A program made the position numbers and the translations under genes. Positions 1 to 11,759 of a stretch of 64,000 bases of DNA are shown in pieces (the first letter of the stretch is position 1; every line of letters begins with the position of its first letter). The notes below the pieces were generated by a model. It searched no databases. It had not been told where the DNA came from and was given only the letters and a program-made list of their open reading frames with translations. Origin of the DNA: Amoebophrya sp. A120 (lineage: Eukaryota; Protista; Dinoflagellata); NCBI GenBank assembly GCA_905178155.1, contig CAJINV010000003.1:9679979-9743978 (forward strand). Direction: 5' to 3'.

Positions 1-29
1 GCCCCATCAAATTCTGCTGCTGGTCTTCA

Positions 30-170
30 CCTTCGGGCTTTGCTTTTCGTTTTTGTTTTCAGGTTTGCTCTTTGCTTTTGCTTTTTCGCTTTTCTTTGCT
101 TTTTGCCTTTGGTAGCTTTTTGCGCTTTCGCTTTTGGTTCCCCGTTGGCTTTGCTTTCATGTTGCGGAGT
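30..170. repeat. Low-complexity (TTTGC/TTTCGC)n tract; same family as 21330-21600 in the opposite orientation
   Basis: Degenerate TTTGC repeats. The 16-mer GCAAAAGCAAAGAGCA at about 21451 is the exact reverse complement of 66-81. Confidence 0.6.
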
Positions 171-2553
171 ATTAGTTTGGCCGTCGCAAGTCTACGCGTA
201 GCAAGGGCCGCGCGCCATCTTGCTAGGCAGTGCCGCTCGTATCTAAATCTCTCTCTATGTAGCAACGAACAGAGAGAGTGCGCAAAGTAGTGGAGCAATA
301 AGCGACATACCCGGCTTCTTCTTGTCCGACACATCTACCCAATCCGGAGAAAAAGCATCGCGCTCGCATTAGGTAATCTCATCGCAGCCCAGCACTCGAG
401 GACGAGAGAAAGCATGCGCGAGGAGGCCCGCAGCCTCCTGGCTACGAAAGTCGCAAGGGCGGCGCTCTTCATCCGGTTGCGGGCGCGGCACGGAATACGC
501 CAAAGCCCCCCAAGCGCTTGCGCACTTCGCCACTGCAAGCGGCGCTCCCCCTACTAGCATGCAATGACCCCGCAGGCGGCGGACTTCTTGCATCTTGGCG
601 AAGCCAACCTCGCGCATTCTAGCAAAAGCAGGGCGGGCCCGCCGCGTCACGCCCTGGCGCGCTTTCCCTTTTTTCCAAGCACAGGCGCTGCCGCCTTATT
701 ACGTCCGGCGCCGCGCAAGCAGTCGGCCCATCGAGGGCGCCGCTTTTTCGTTCGGACAACGCGGGCCACAATGGCGCCTGCGCCACGCGCGCGGGCGACT
801 TGTCTCCCGGTCCCGCCAAACTGCGCCCGCCTTCGAGGGCCCATAACAAAGAACCCGGCAGGCTGGGCCGAAGGCGGCCTTCGCCCGGGGGGCGCCGCTT
901 TTGCCGGACCACTTGCTTGAGCTTTCCAAGCGGTACACGGTAGAGCCCCGCGGTAGAAAATGCAACGCCGGCGCGGCCCGAGCCAAGTGGGCGCCGCAGC
1001 ACTTTCAGCCACAAAAACGTTTCCGGGCGTGTCGCTTTCTGGGTGACGAAAAAGCCGCCGGGGCTGAACGTTTGCCAACTCGAAACACACCAGAGGCTCC
1101 CTGCGCTGGCATCTGTGGAACGAAAGCAGCGGCATTACTGTAGGAGAGAAAAGAAAAAGCCGAATCTTCAGAGAGCACGCAAGCAAAAGAGCTGGGCTGC
1201 GAGGGTTCCCACGCACTTAGCTGTGGCGCCGCCAATTGGCCTCGCCGCCCCTTTCGCTTTCCATGAGCCATGCAGCTGGCACATGTCGCAGGAAGAACGC
1301 GTCGGCTGTTTCTTTGTGTGTTGTGGCCGTCCTGGGAAGGTTGGAGCACAAACGCACGCCCCCGGCCGCCTTCCTGTTCTCGGCCGGCCTCCCGCCGGTC
1401 GAACGTCCCGTGGCCAGCAGGCAGCTGCTTGCCAGTTCAGTCCGTGGTTGGCACATTGGGGATGCGCGCGGGCAACCGGCTCGAACTGGGCCAATGGAGA
1501 ACGCACTGGCCCTCGAGCGTGCCTGCTGTGCTGCCTTCAAAGCACGCGCCGCGAGGGGAGCGCGCCGCTCCCTTCTGACCCCGCGAAATCTGCGACCCCG
1601 TCCGTCACTGGGGGCGCCGCAGCAGGCTGCGCGTGCCGCGGTTCTTCTCGCCACTCCACCAAGCGCTGCAAGCCTGCTGGCACTTTGGCCTCCCGCCCGG
1701 TCATTTTCTTGTCCACTATCACATACCGCCAGCGGAGGCGGGGCAGCGGCCGCTCGCTCTGAATACCACGGCCACAGCGGCCCTATCGCGCTACCTGGAA
1801 AGGCCCTCGCCGATTTTCTTCTTGCGGTGCACAGAGTGTAGCTGCCGCCTTTCGCTTCAGGTAATAAGCCGGATGGTGGTCCAGGTCCCTGCGCGTCGGC
1901 CGTTTTCCTCTATGGAAAACGACACCAACAAGCGCCACCAGTGCCTCTCTCATTGCCGCCCCGCTGCAGAGATGCCAACTACTAGCGCGGCAACCTTCTG
2001 TACCTTGGTTCATCAGTTTCCGGCGAAACACTCTACGCATTCGGTTTCGGGCGCCGAGGCCGACGCATGCGCAGGCCGGTATCGCTGCGTTAATATATAT
2101 GCAAGAGCACGGCACCCTTCTGCACATGTTTCTGCACCCTACCGGCACTCCTTTCAGTATTGGCACCTTTCGCGCACAAGCCCGGCAGCGCCGGAGCGTG
2201 ATACAACGATACCGCGCCAGCGCATTAAATGCGGCGCGCGAACAAAATTTGCAGCGCCCAGCCGTTGGGATAGTTCATGCGAGCGCGACACTTTTTATTT
2301 TTCGCCGGATATTCCTCGCTGATCAACAAAATCTTCGAGAGCACCATATCAGCGTAAAAACGGCCCCATGTCCTGGCATCAGTCAGGGGATGCAAAGGAG
2401 CCGCGGTCGCGGTCGATCGAAGTGCAGGCCTGAAGTCCGAGTTGCAAAAGAGCGTGGCTTCCTGCACGTCGCTTCATTTGGCAACTTTAATTCTTGCAGC
2501 AACAACGACCACAATGCAAACTAAACGACCTGGGCCCTGGGAGCGGGGCAGTT

Positions 2554-2748
2554 TCACACATGGTACGCCGCCTGCATCTTCTTGATGGTGTGTGGGTCCA
2601 TACGATTCCACTTCACTTGGTCCGGCTTCGTGGATTTCACTTGTGGGTGCCCCGTGTCATGCAGAAACTTCCACAAAGCCTTGGACAGGGCCAGCAGGAT
2701 GACTGGAGCAGGATTCGGGAAGGACGCAAGCTTCGGCCATGCCTTTAG
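2554..2748 (-). CDS. Candidate terminal exon of an unidentified gene (LKAWPKLASFP...DPHTIKKMQAAYHV*)
   Basis: A CTAAT branch-like motif and CAG acceptor at 2751-2749 are followed by a 64-codon open frame with protein-like composition. No homologue recognised. Confidence 0.3.
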   Translation of the reverse strand, partial: LKAWPKLASFPNPAPVILLALSKALWKFLHDTGHPQVKSTKPDQVKWNRMDPHTIKKMQAAYHV

Positions 2749-3129
2749 CTGTTCCGATTAGTTTTTGCTTTTCCAGGAGCTCTGGTCTATCGGCTCCTGC
2801 CGCTCTATTTTTCAAATACAGCGCGAAGCAGGCTTCTTGGACAGATGCAACATGTGTGCTCGCCTCTAGTTGGGCGAGATACTGTCTGGGCACTACAAAT
2901 ACAAAGAAAAGCCCGGGAGATGGATACTGCGCCCCCGACGTCGGCGTTTTTTTTTCCGCACACAATGGCGCCCCGCCCGCGAGGCGAACGGGGCGCCTTC
3001 GCTCGCGCGAGGCATTCACCAAGCTCCTTAGCGCCTTTGCTTATGCACTTCTAGGCGTCGGGCATCACGGGCCCCCCGGAGACGCGCAGCGGACTTTGGC
3101 AGGAGTTCCTGCAGAATTGCCCCAGTGAT

Positions 3130-3990
3130 ATTCCAAAATCCCTTATCGAGCCGCCCGGGCCACTCCCCGTCGGCATGCGACCGACCTTGCCCGAGGTGCC
3201 TCCGCAGGTGAATTCCTGAGGAGACTGCTGCCCCGAATCGGGCCGCCTGAAATGGCCCTTCCCCAAAGCGCGCGCCGATTTTACCGGGGGGCTGCGCCGG
3301 GAACCCGGACAAGCGTTCCGGCCCCACAACCCCTAGTGCCGTACCGGAGTCCAATGGGCCAACGTTAAATCCTTCCCGAGGCCCGTCACAGGGCGGCGTC
3401 ATTAGCGGGGCCGCCCTGGGGAGAGGATTCGCCCGAAACAGCTCGCCCCCTTCGGAGCCCCCCTCCACGAGAGCAATTCCCCTGCCTTGGCCGAAGTCGG
3501 TGGCCGCCCCCTCCGCCCGGCAAGGCTGCACACATTCGCCGGCCGCCGGGGCGGCAGGTCCCCGGCCTGGGAACGGAGCGGGCGGGGGCATTCCCGGGAA
3601 GCATTTGGGTCCTCCGGGGCAACGCAGATTCCTCTCCAAGCGGACGGACATTCCCGAAGATGGGGGGCCCAAAAGATGGGCGAATCCCAAGGCCGGCGTG
3701 CGGGCGCAGTCCTGGGCCGAGGGTGGGCTCCCGGGGTACGGCGGGAGTGATTGCGTGGGGGGGATCTCGCGGTGGGGAGGGACCCCCTGCCCCGCGCCGT
3801 CGCAGGTCCTTCAAGCTGCCGCTGCTCAATCTCGAGAGCCCCCGGCCATGCTTCTCAATTGAGGTCCGCCCGCGCCAGGGCCTTCAAAAAACATCGCTCC
3901 AACTGCCCCCGAAAAACTTCCGCGCCCTCGCCCCAAATCGCCCAACGCCCTCCCAAACCTTTTGGCGGCCTTCAAAATCGCCAAGGACGC
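3130..3990 (-). pseudogene. GC-shifted relic of an LRR + LRRcap protein (DNAAF1/LRRC50-like)
   Basis: Broken frames read AVGAMFFEG..PQLRSM, then FAHLLGPPSSGMSVRLERNL..KCFPGMPPPAPFPGRG..ECVQPCRAE. This resembles DNAAF1-type 'ALxLEGNG..LRxL', 'HLLxxPSLSVLDLxxN..FxxMPxLxxLxLxGNP..IxxYRK' with L->P and Y->C changes. Judged by eye only. Confidence 0.4.
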
Positions 3991-4789
3991 GGCGCCCGCC
4001 CTCGGCGCGGCCAGGGGGGAGGGGCGCGGCGCGCGGAAGAATGCCCGAACCGCTTCACGGCGGCGCTTCTTTGCGGGGCCTTGCTGCCTTAGCGCACGAA
4101 GCGCGGGGCGCCGATGTTGCGGGGAGGCGGCTTGGCGGGGGCCGCAGGAAACTATGCCCGGCCGCGCCAGGCTGCACACCAGGAACCAACACTCCCTTCC
4201 TCCGGCCCGCGGCACACTGCCTCGGGCACCGCGCGCGGGGCGCAGGTGTTGACGAAGGGCGCCGGGGCTGGGTGGTGGGCGGGGGATTATGCACGGAGGC
4301 GCCCGCGAGTGGCATGCGGCATGTGCGCCAGCGTGTTTTTCTTCCCCGGAAAGCGAAGGCGCGGCCCCCGGGCTCCTTCGCGAAATCGCGCAAAAGTGCC
4401 CCCACGAACCAACCGAAAACTTGAATGGGGCGCCGGCGGAAATTATTTGCGATAGGTGGCAAGGAGCGCGCTCTCGGACGCGGCTGCGCCTTTTGAAGCG
4501 GGCGCACAGCAAACCTCGCGGACCGCCTTGGCCCTGGGGCCCTCGGCTGGGCCGCCGGAAGAGGCTAGAATTTCTCGGGAAGCCTTCTGAAGTGGGATCG
4601 CCAAAACCCGCAAAGACGCCGCGAGCCTACGCAAACTACCGAGAACAAGCGAGCCCGAGATGGACGGGAACAAGGCTGGCGGACGAGGATCAGCTCGGCC
4701 TCGGCCCGCAGCCCAGCTTCCAACAGCCATTCTCCGGAGGCACGATGGCCCGAAAGTAAGCTTTTCATCATCATCATACCGCCGCGACT

Positions 4790-4856
4790 CAACGCACTTC
4801 TGATGGTGCGCGCAAGAAAAGCAGGGCGCAGCAACGCACTTCTGGTGGTGCGTGCA
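4790..4856. repeat. Short direct repeat CAACGCACTTCTG(A/G)TGGTGCG x2; a second pair ACGGTCATGCAGTGCA x2 at 4917-4972
   Basis: Seen directly in the sequence. Confidence 0.8.
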
Positions 4857-6232
4857 GGCACTACGCATCACGCTCCAATGAGCAACAGCTCACGTTTTAC
4901 ATCTTTATACTCTCCGACGGTCATGCAGTGCATTTTCGGCTGTTTTTCAGAGGCAAACGGTCATGCAGTGCAGCTTTTTTCAGACGCAAAAAAAGAATAA
5001 AGCAGTAGCCGCGGGAAGGCTTTGGCTGAGTTCCCGGAAGCAGGGCGCAAGCCGCCGGCGCGCTTTGCTTGACTCTTCTGCGCATTTTTTTTTTGCTGCA
5101 GTTACTTGTCCCCCTTGTCTCCTGCGGTTGAAATTGTGACTTCTGCGCCTAGTTTTTGCCTAGCCGGCGCTGTTGCCGTGGTGCATTGAAAATAGAACGG
5201 CGCTGTTGACGTGGCGCCATTTACATTTGCGCGGCCTGGCGATTGGCTGCTTTTCATCATTCAGCCGACGGCTGCATCCTATGGCGTGGGAGCAATACGT
5301 AGGGCATGGCGCAGATGAATCGTAAGAGCAGGCACTTTGCAAAAGTTTGCGAAAGCTTCGCCACCAAAGGCAGACCAAACGCTGCCCGTTTTGGCATTGA
5401 CTGAGCGACCAAAACCAAAAGCAAGGGGGGCACGTAGCGTAACTGGGTCGACAAACACAATGCCGTTTGCTTTTCATCAGCAGAAGTCAAAACTAAGGGA
5501 GTCAATACATCCGCCGGCCCGGGTTGCACGTCAGCCTCAATCGCCTGGATGATTCCGTCATTGTCTTGCATATGCAGAATCGCCAGTGGTGTCAAACTGT
5601 GAAGGTATTTTCATTTTTGATCATGCGCACCAGGCCCCTTTCCCTTTTGCTCTGTTTGGTCTTACCTTGAAGAACCGACAAAATAGCAGCCGAACATCAA
5701 CCATTGACATTCTTACTTCCAAATGCTATCAATACGCTTACCTTTTGTTGTTTTGCCGCTCTATGATGGCTGTCATAAAATAGCCGATGCTTCGGAGCGA
5801 GAACAGGTTTGCCTCAAGACTGATGTAGGAAATAGTCGGCGCGGTGGTAATAATTTGGCAGCGTTCCACGAGAAATCCTGACCCTGCGCTCGCACACAGC
5901 GCTGCTGCCAACAGTGGCCGCAGAGCCGAAGGCAAAGGCCCCCCCACCGGGAGTGCACGATCCCCCGGGGCGCGCAGTCTCAACATGGCGAGCGCAGTGA
6001 GGGTCCGGGCGCACACTATTTCTTTTTGCTAGCCAGCCAGCAACGCAGTGCGGGAACGCGCGCCATGACTTTCCGCTGATTCAGGTCTGGTGGCGCAAGC
6101 GACTTCACCCGGGTTTTAATTGCTCTTTGTTGCTGTGCTGTCACCACAGCTGTGCGTGCGCCCTTGGACTATCATCTTCATCATCATCGTCGCCGTCTAG
6201 CCTGCGCGGGGTATTGCGCAGAGGGTTAAAAT

Positions 6233-8250
6233 TATGAAGTCACACTCATTTATTCCGGTACCATCGCGATTACGATAGCTATCGGGAATTCAAGCGAAAA
6301 ACTGTTGCGCTACCGTGTATCTACTGCCGATGCAGTGCCCCGCGACTAAGCCACGGGGCACTTGACTGCAACCACGACCGCTCGCCAACGCGGGGGCGTT
6401 GGCGATTTTATTTCGGCCATCTTGCTTACCTACCTCTCCCCCTTGGCAGTAAATCGGCTGCGGCATTTTGAAACGCAATACCATGCCGCAGGCAAGAAAA
6501 AAAAGGGCGCAGGCAAAAAGCCGGCCAACAAGCGATTTAAAAGAGCAAGGCGGAGAACCAACAAGAGGCCACGCGCCATTGCGCGGCATGAGGGGCGCTG
6601 ACTGCTTCGCGGCGGAGCCAGGCCCGCTACCACCCCACAACCCTGCGCGCGGAGGGGTGCGTAACGCTAGTGCCGCTACATCAATGTGGGGCCCGTGCCA
6701 TGCCTTACGCGGGGCGCATGCAATGCGCCACGAGGGCGATCAATCTCCCCCGCGGCCCGGCTACCCAGGGGCGCCCATTGTGTACGGCCTTGAAAGGGCG
6801 CAGGGCCACGGCTGCCCGGCAGGCTGTGGGACTACTCGGCAAGCCCCCGCGGGCTAGCAAAACAAAAAAAGGCGGCGGCGCGAGTGCCCGCCCGGGCGTC
6901 GGTCGCTCGGAGCGAGGCCATTGGCCATTCGCCCCAATACTTCCGTCGCAGGCCGGGTTGCTACCCCAGGCCCAGGGCCTTTGCGCCCAACAATCCGAGA
7001 AAAATAAAAAAACCGGGTAGAATGGCACCTGAAACACAAACGCAGCGCGCCACACAGGGCAGGCTGGATAAAGCGACGGCCATCTTCCCCCGAAGGGGCG
7101 CCATTCACTGAGGAAGCAGGGCTGGCCAAAAATCACACTCGGCCAGGCAAAGAAAAAGCTGCGCGGACGGCGGGCAACCAGGCCTGATTTTCCGATTTTA
7201 TCGTCGAAACAGCTCGTCGCAAGCTGTTTCGACGTCGAAACACCTTCGCCCGAGCTGTTTCGACGATAAAATCGGGAAATTGGGGCCGGGCCGCTGCGCG
7301 CCGGCGGCACATCCAGGGCAGCAGAAAGAGAAGGCGCCCCCGTGGTGCCGAGGCGCCGACGAGAGTCTAATGCCGGCGGAAAATGACGGAAAAAAAGTGG
7401 GGTGGCGCGGGGGCTGCACTGCTTCCTTGCGGGGGCAGACGAAGGCAAGGGGGGCGGAGGGCCACTGCTGGAAATACAAATAGGCACAATGAATCAGCAG
7501 GGCGCCCCGGCTTTCCTGACAGAAGGAAAACTACTTACGCCGACCCAGCCGCGAAGCGCTTGCAACATGTTGCCGGCGCTGAAAACTTTCGTGGGGCGGT
7601 GCGCTTTATTTTCTAATCAGACAGACATTGCAGATTTTCGCGGCCGGGACTGGCGCCAGAGGCTGCCACACGGCAGCCGGCGCCCGAGATAAAGATCGCG
7701 CGCGCGCTGCCTGTCCCCCGGAAGAGGGCGCGGGCGTGTGAGGCTTCATGGCCTCGCTTGCGGGAAAACAACACGCCCCAGGTCCGGCCAGGACGCCGCT
7801 TGGGCTACACGGCCCCCCCGTCCCCAATGCGATCAACCCAAAGCCGGCAAAACATGCGCAGGGCGGGGTCTGCGATAAGCGCGCCAAGAAGCTAGAAAAA
7901 CTTCGCTGCCTAAAGGAGCGCGCTGCCAGAAGCCGATCTGGCGGCTCGGGGGAATCAACACAGCGCGCCGCCCTGGGCGCAAGACGTCCCCCCTCGAGCT
8001 ATGTCCAGACCTCTCGCGGCCGCTGACTGCAGGAAGTGGAAGACACGCACTGGCGCTTCTCGGCCGCGTCGAATAATGTCTCATTTGCATGCACTCCGCG
8101 ACACGCCAAGAGCGTCGCCAATCGCCGGAAACGCTGCAAAGCGAGCCGATCGCGCTGCTCTAGTTCTTGCAATCGGGAGTCTTATCGTAGTGGTTTTCCG
8201 ATAACTATCGTAATTCCGATGGTACCGGAATTCTATTCTGTGACTTCATA
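6233..8250. mobile_element. 2018-bp non-autonomous DNA transposon with ~55-bp TIRs and an 8-bp TSD (hAT/P-like TSD length)
   Basis: Left end TATGAAGTCACA..TTCCGGTACCATCGCGATTACGATAGCTATCGG (6233-6285) is inverted at the right end CCGATAACTATCGTAATTCCGATGGTACCGGAA..TGTGACTTCATA (8198-8250). Perfect TSD GTTAAAAT at 6225-6232 and 8251-8258. No transposase ORF recognised. Confidence 0.9.
7187..7280. repeat. ~94-bp near-perfect palindrome built from four TCGAAACA/TGTTTCGA half-sites
   Basis: ATTTTCCGATTTTATCGTCGAAACAGCTCG...CGAGCTGTTTCGACGATAAAATCGGGAAAT, centred on GAC|GTC at 7233/7234. Confidence 0.9.
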
Positions 8251-8814
8251 GTTAAAATAAAGCTGGGGGCTGTTTGTTAGCGTGTTCGGAGTAAGTTCGT
8301 TCTCAAGAAGGGGTCTAACCACCAACATCGATCTTCTGCGGAAGTAGCCGCCGAGGCAGAAAATAGCCGCAGAGGCGGAGGTAGTGAGGCCCGCGGCGGC
8401 CCCTTGCCTTGCGTCAACTGCCACAGGGGCCAAGCCCGTTGGGCCGCGCGACGTGCGGTCGCGGGGCGCCCCCGGCGCCCTTTTCAGCTCCGCCGTATCT
8501 GTTTCGCGGGCCAGGGCCACCACCTCCTCACATTAAACGTTACTAGGCGCTATTGCGGGGCGGTCGGTTGCCAGTCTTGTGTAATTCCTTCCGGAAGCTA
8601 CCCCGCAGGGTGCGGGCCTCTTTTGGGCGCCTGGGAAGGCGCCCAACAATGGTCGGGCATTCGGCTCCATAACATGTGGGCCGCCTTCGTGGGTTGGGCG
8701 CGTTTTGTATTTCTTGCGTGTCATTTTTCTAGGGCGCCGCCTCCCTGAAGCTGCCCAGCCTTGGGAACCGGCGCAACGGCGACGGGGTGCGCGGTCGCCT
8801 AAAATTCTCCGAAA

Positions 8815-9322
8815 TCATGGACACGCCATGCAGGCATCCAATGCAAATATGTCTGACGTTTTGTCTGCAGACAAGACCTTGGCACAGCACAGGCAAGAAG
8901 ACGACTCAATTTTTTTGAAAGGACTTCGTAAAGCAGCTGCTAAGAAGTAGAGAAAGGGCCAGCGCATGCTATGACGTCCAGCACCAGCTGCATAAGGCAC
9001 TATTACGAAGCTTTCTCTGGGCGACATAAATAAAGCTGAGTGCTATTAACTTCTGTCGGGGGCCCGCGGCCTCTGCCGAGGTGCTACGCTGGCCAAAGCG
9101 ATAAGCACGCGGGAGCCTGTGGGTGCTCGCGCAGTAGTGTCATGGGCGCGCAAATAGCACCCCGTGGCTGCATGCTCACTACTATTCGCTGACACTAGTA
9201 GTACCGTCTGGGCCTGGACAGTGCAACACTTGTGCTTGTGCTGCAGATTCCATTTTGCATACCCCACGCGGTGAGATGCGTAACACCTGCCCTGGCGTCA
9301 CGAATTTTGTGAGGGCTTCCAT
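8815..9322 (-). CDS. Fragmented exosome cap subunit-like sequence (Rrp40/Csl4 class); possible further exon at 5740-5890
   Basis: MEALTKFVTPGQVL resembles the 'VxPGxxL' N-terminus, and CAKVLSADK..FALDAC resembles the S1-domain 'ARVxSAxKxxxxxLxC'. The pieces are in three frames and the splicing is unresolved. Confidence 0.3.
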
Positions 9323-10038
9323 GCCTATGCCGTGCGAGGCATGCCCTTTCCGCGTAAGAAAAAATAAAAACGGACTTCTCTTGCTGTGCACGCAGTGTCG
9401 ATTTTCATAGAATCCGCGAGCACTGCCACGAGTTGCACTCTTCCTTCAGGGTGGCTACTCTGATTTTGCGCGCGGTTTTTGTGGGCGGCCGAAACCGCCG
9501 AAACCTAGCTTGGGGCTTGGGTTTCGGCGGCTAGGTAAGACGGCTGAAGCCTGACGGGCACCACTTTTACCCACTCGTCATCGGCATAGTTTTCCAATTG
9601 GCGAGCAGTGCAAATCCGTCGCGATTCGTTGACAACAAACCCAACCGGGCTAGAGAAGCATGGCTCTTCTTCAACTAAAAAACTGCTTCATAGGCCTAGA
9701 AAATGCGGGCCGTTTTTGACGCTTACTCGCAGGAAAGTTACCAACTAGGGCCGCTCGGTAGCCGCACTACACACAAGGCTCCCTGGATCGGGCGCTCGCG
9801 CCGTCAAAATCATATGAGCGCGACGGCTGCGTGGGACGTCAGCAAAGCTGAGACTTAGATGAACCCTCGCCGCCTCACCAGCTACGACAACTAGACATAC
9901 TTAATCAGCACGCGAGGTCCTCGGCCTCACTTACAGCGCACGCGCGCATATCCCAAAACGAGCGTACAAGGCAGAAGCGCACGTGCTCACAAGCCTCAGG
10001 ATTTTTCTGGAATAGCAGATGTCCGAGCAACTGTCCAT

Positions 10039-10113
10039 GGTCAGCTGATTCTTCGACAAGTCCAGGGTATGCAGGCTCGGACAATTATGGAAACCGCAAC
10101 CATTGTTCTCGCT
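10039..10113 (-). pseudogene. Isolated leucine-rich repeat fragment (GFHNCPSLHTLDLSKNQLT)
   Basis: Manual translation of the minus strand gives a canonical LxxLDLSxNxL. An in-frame stop lies about 10 codons upstream. Confidence 0.5.
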
Positions 10114-10659
10114 AGCCGTTTGGTTTTAGCAAATTCTAATTCTTGACGGATGAAGGCTCGTATGAAAATAAAGAGCCGCGCAAGCTTAGTTTTGCAAAGC
10201 AAAACAAGGATCCTTCACTCCAGATGAATGCTAGTGCGCTCCTTCCTACTCTGGTAATCGCAGCAGACGTCGTCGAGAAGAAGTAGAATAAGAAAAATGC
10301 GCTCACACTCCAAACGCCAAGTGAGGACTAGCGGGGTTCCCGACAGCATAGCAATCGATCAGAACTTGTGCCTGTCCGCGGTTGTTTTTTTGTTTGGTTC
10401 ACGCCATATGCATGGACCACACGGCTCCAGTATCCTCCGGGGTCGCCCTTGGGGTCCAGTGTCTTCCGGGGTCCTTTACTGCTTGGAGCGCCGTACGTGT
10501 GCAACACATCGACACGGCCAACGCGAAAGTGGCTCTATACTTTACGCACCGCATGCTTAGCCTATACAATTCGAGGCCCTCAAACTAAATCCCGTCCGAA
10601 ACATAAATCCGCAAACAACATGGAGGAAGTCGCTAAGCCGTAAAAAAGGCCAAACGCGC

Positions 10660-10793
10660 ACGCGACATAATCCCTGGATATGCTCATCGTACGAGATTCC
10701 AGCATATTTGAGCAGCGCGCCGAAATTGAGCGAGTCTGCACTTTTCAAATTGATCGTAGCGAGCCAGGGCTTGTCGAGGCAAAAAAGCGCCAT
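10660..10793 (-). CDS. Possible first exon of a GST-N/metaxin-like protein
   Basis: MALFCLDKPW..SADSLNFGALLKYAGISYDE resembles the metaxin/GST N-terminal 'SLxxxxxLxxxGIxYE'. Downstream exons were not established. Confidence 0.3.
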
Positions 10794-11120
10794 GGCGTCG
10801 TAGATGGGGGCCGATGGGCCTATCCGCTGGGACAGGACACAGGTGGGGCAACAGGAAGAAAAAAGAATAAGAATTGGCAATAAGTCTTTGGACCAGGAGA
10901 CCACCGCGCCGGCCAAGCTCTCTCACCGCGTGTTCGCCGATTGAAGACTCCGCCTACGGCGCGCTCATTGGGAGTCTTGGAATGTGAAAGTTGCTGCGAA
11001 AACGATTGTCAAAGAAACGGATAGGGGCTACGCTTGCGCAACTTGCAGTTGGGCAAAGCCACTGCAATTATTTTTCATTCTGTGCGTGGCGCAGCGATCT
11101 GTTCGATGCTTCGCCCCTTG

Positions 11121-11179
11121 TACCGCGGGGCGAGCACCCTACATGGGCACTTCACCCTACCGCGGGGCGAGCACCCTAC
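11121..11179. repeat. 22-bp direct repeat TACCGCGGGGCGAGCACCCTAC x2 (period 37)
   Basis: Copies at 11121-11142 and 11158-11179. Confidence 0.85.
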
Positions 11180-11759
11180 GCCATGAGTTTTTGCTTCAGC
11201 GGAGAGGCTCCTGGCCTTGATCGTTCACGGGTCTTCCGGAAGGCGCTGCCTCGTCAGTCTAAGTACAGCTACAGTTTGTTTGCCTGCATAAGAAAAGTCA
11301 TTCGCTGAAGGTTAATCAAGCAAATGCCCTGCCCGTGTCCAGTCGTCAATTAATTGTCTATGCCCTTGGTGGAACTTGCTACCAAAACAATGAACGCACG
11401 ACTGGTGACCTGTTGTGAGTAAAGCACGGGGAAAACAAAGCTAAGTGCAAGAGCTAGATACCAGAGTAGAAAACCCAATGTCCGAGATCGCACTTCCTCG
11501 CAACAATGCCTGTTCCAAGTCGCGCTGCCTTAACCATTGATCGACCTGACCAAGAGTGGGAAATCAATCACAGAAAGCTCTCAACCAGTGCGACTAGGAC
11601 TACTAGTACTACATACAAATAATGCAAGTAAGCACTGCGTCTGTGCTCCGTATTTCCGTTTTTCCGACTATTGCAACTGAATTCCTTTGCGACACAGTAA
11701 ATTCGCCATCGGCTTTAGTTTCTATCAAAATTCCCGAAAAAAAGTAGCTCATCCGCCGA

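Noticed and set aside
300-8700. Dozens of overlapping R/G/P/A-rich ORFs on both strands (also 12.5-13.4, 18.7-22.9, 25.0-25.8 and 55-62 kb)
   Set aside because: Stop codons are depleted in GC-shifted DNA, all frames are open at once, and no domains were recognised apart from the LRR relics.
11121-11179. Repeat-spacer-repeat patterns resembling CRISPR (also 24761-24845 and 34858-35097)
   Set aside because: Only 2-3 units, short or non-unique spacers, no cas genes and a eukaryotic context.
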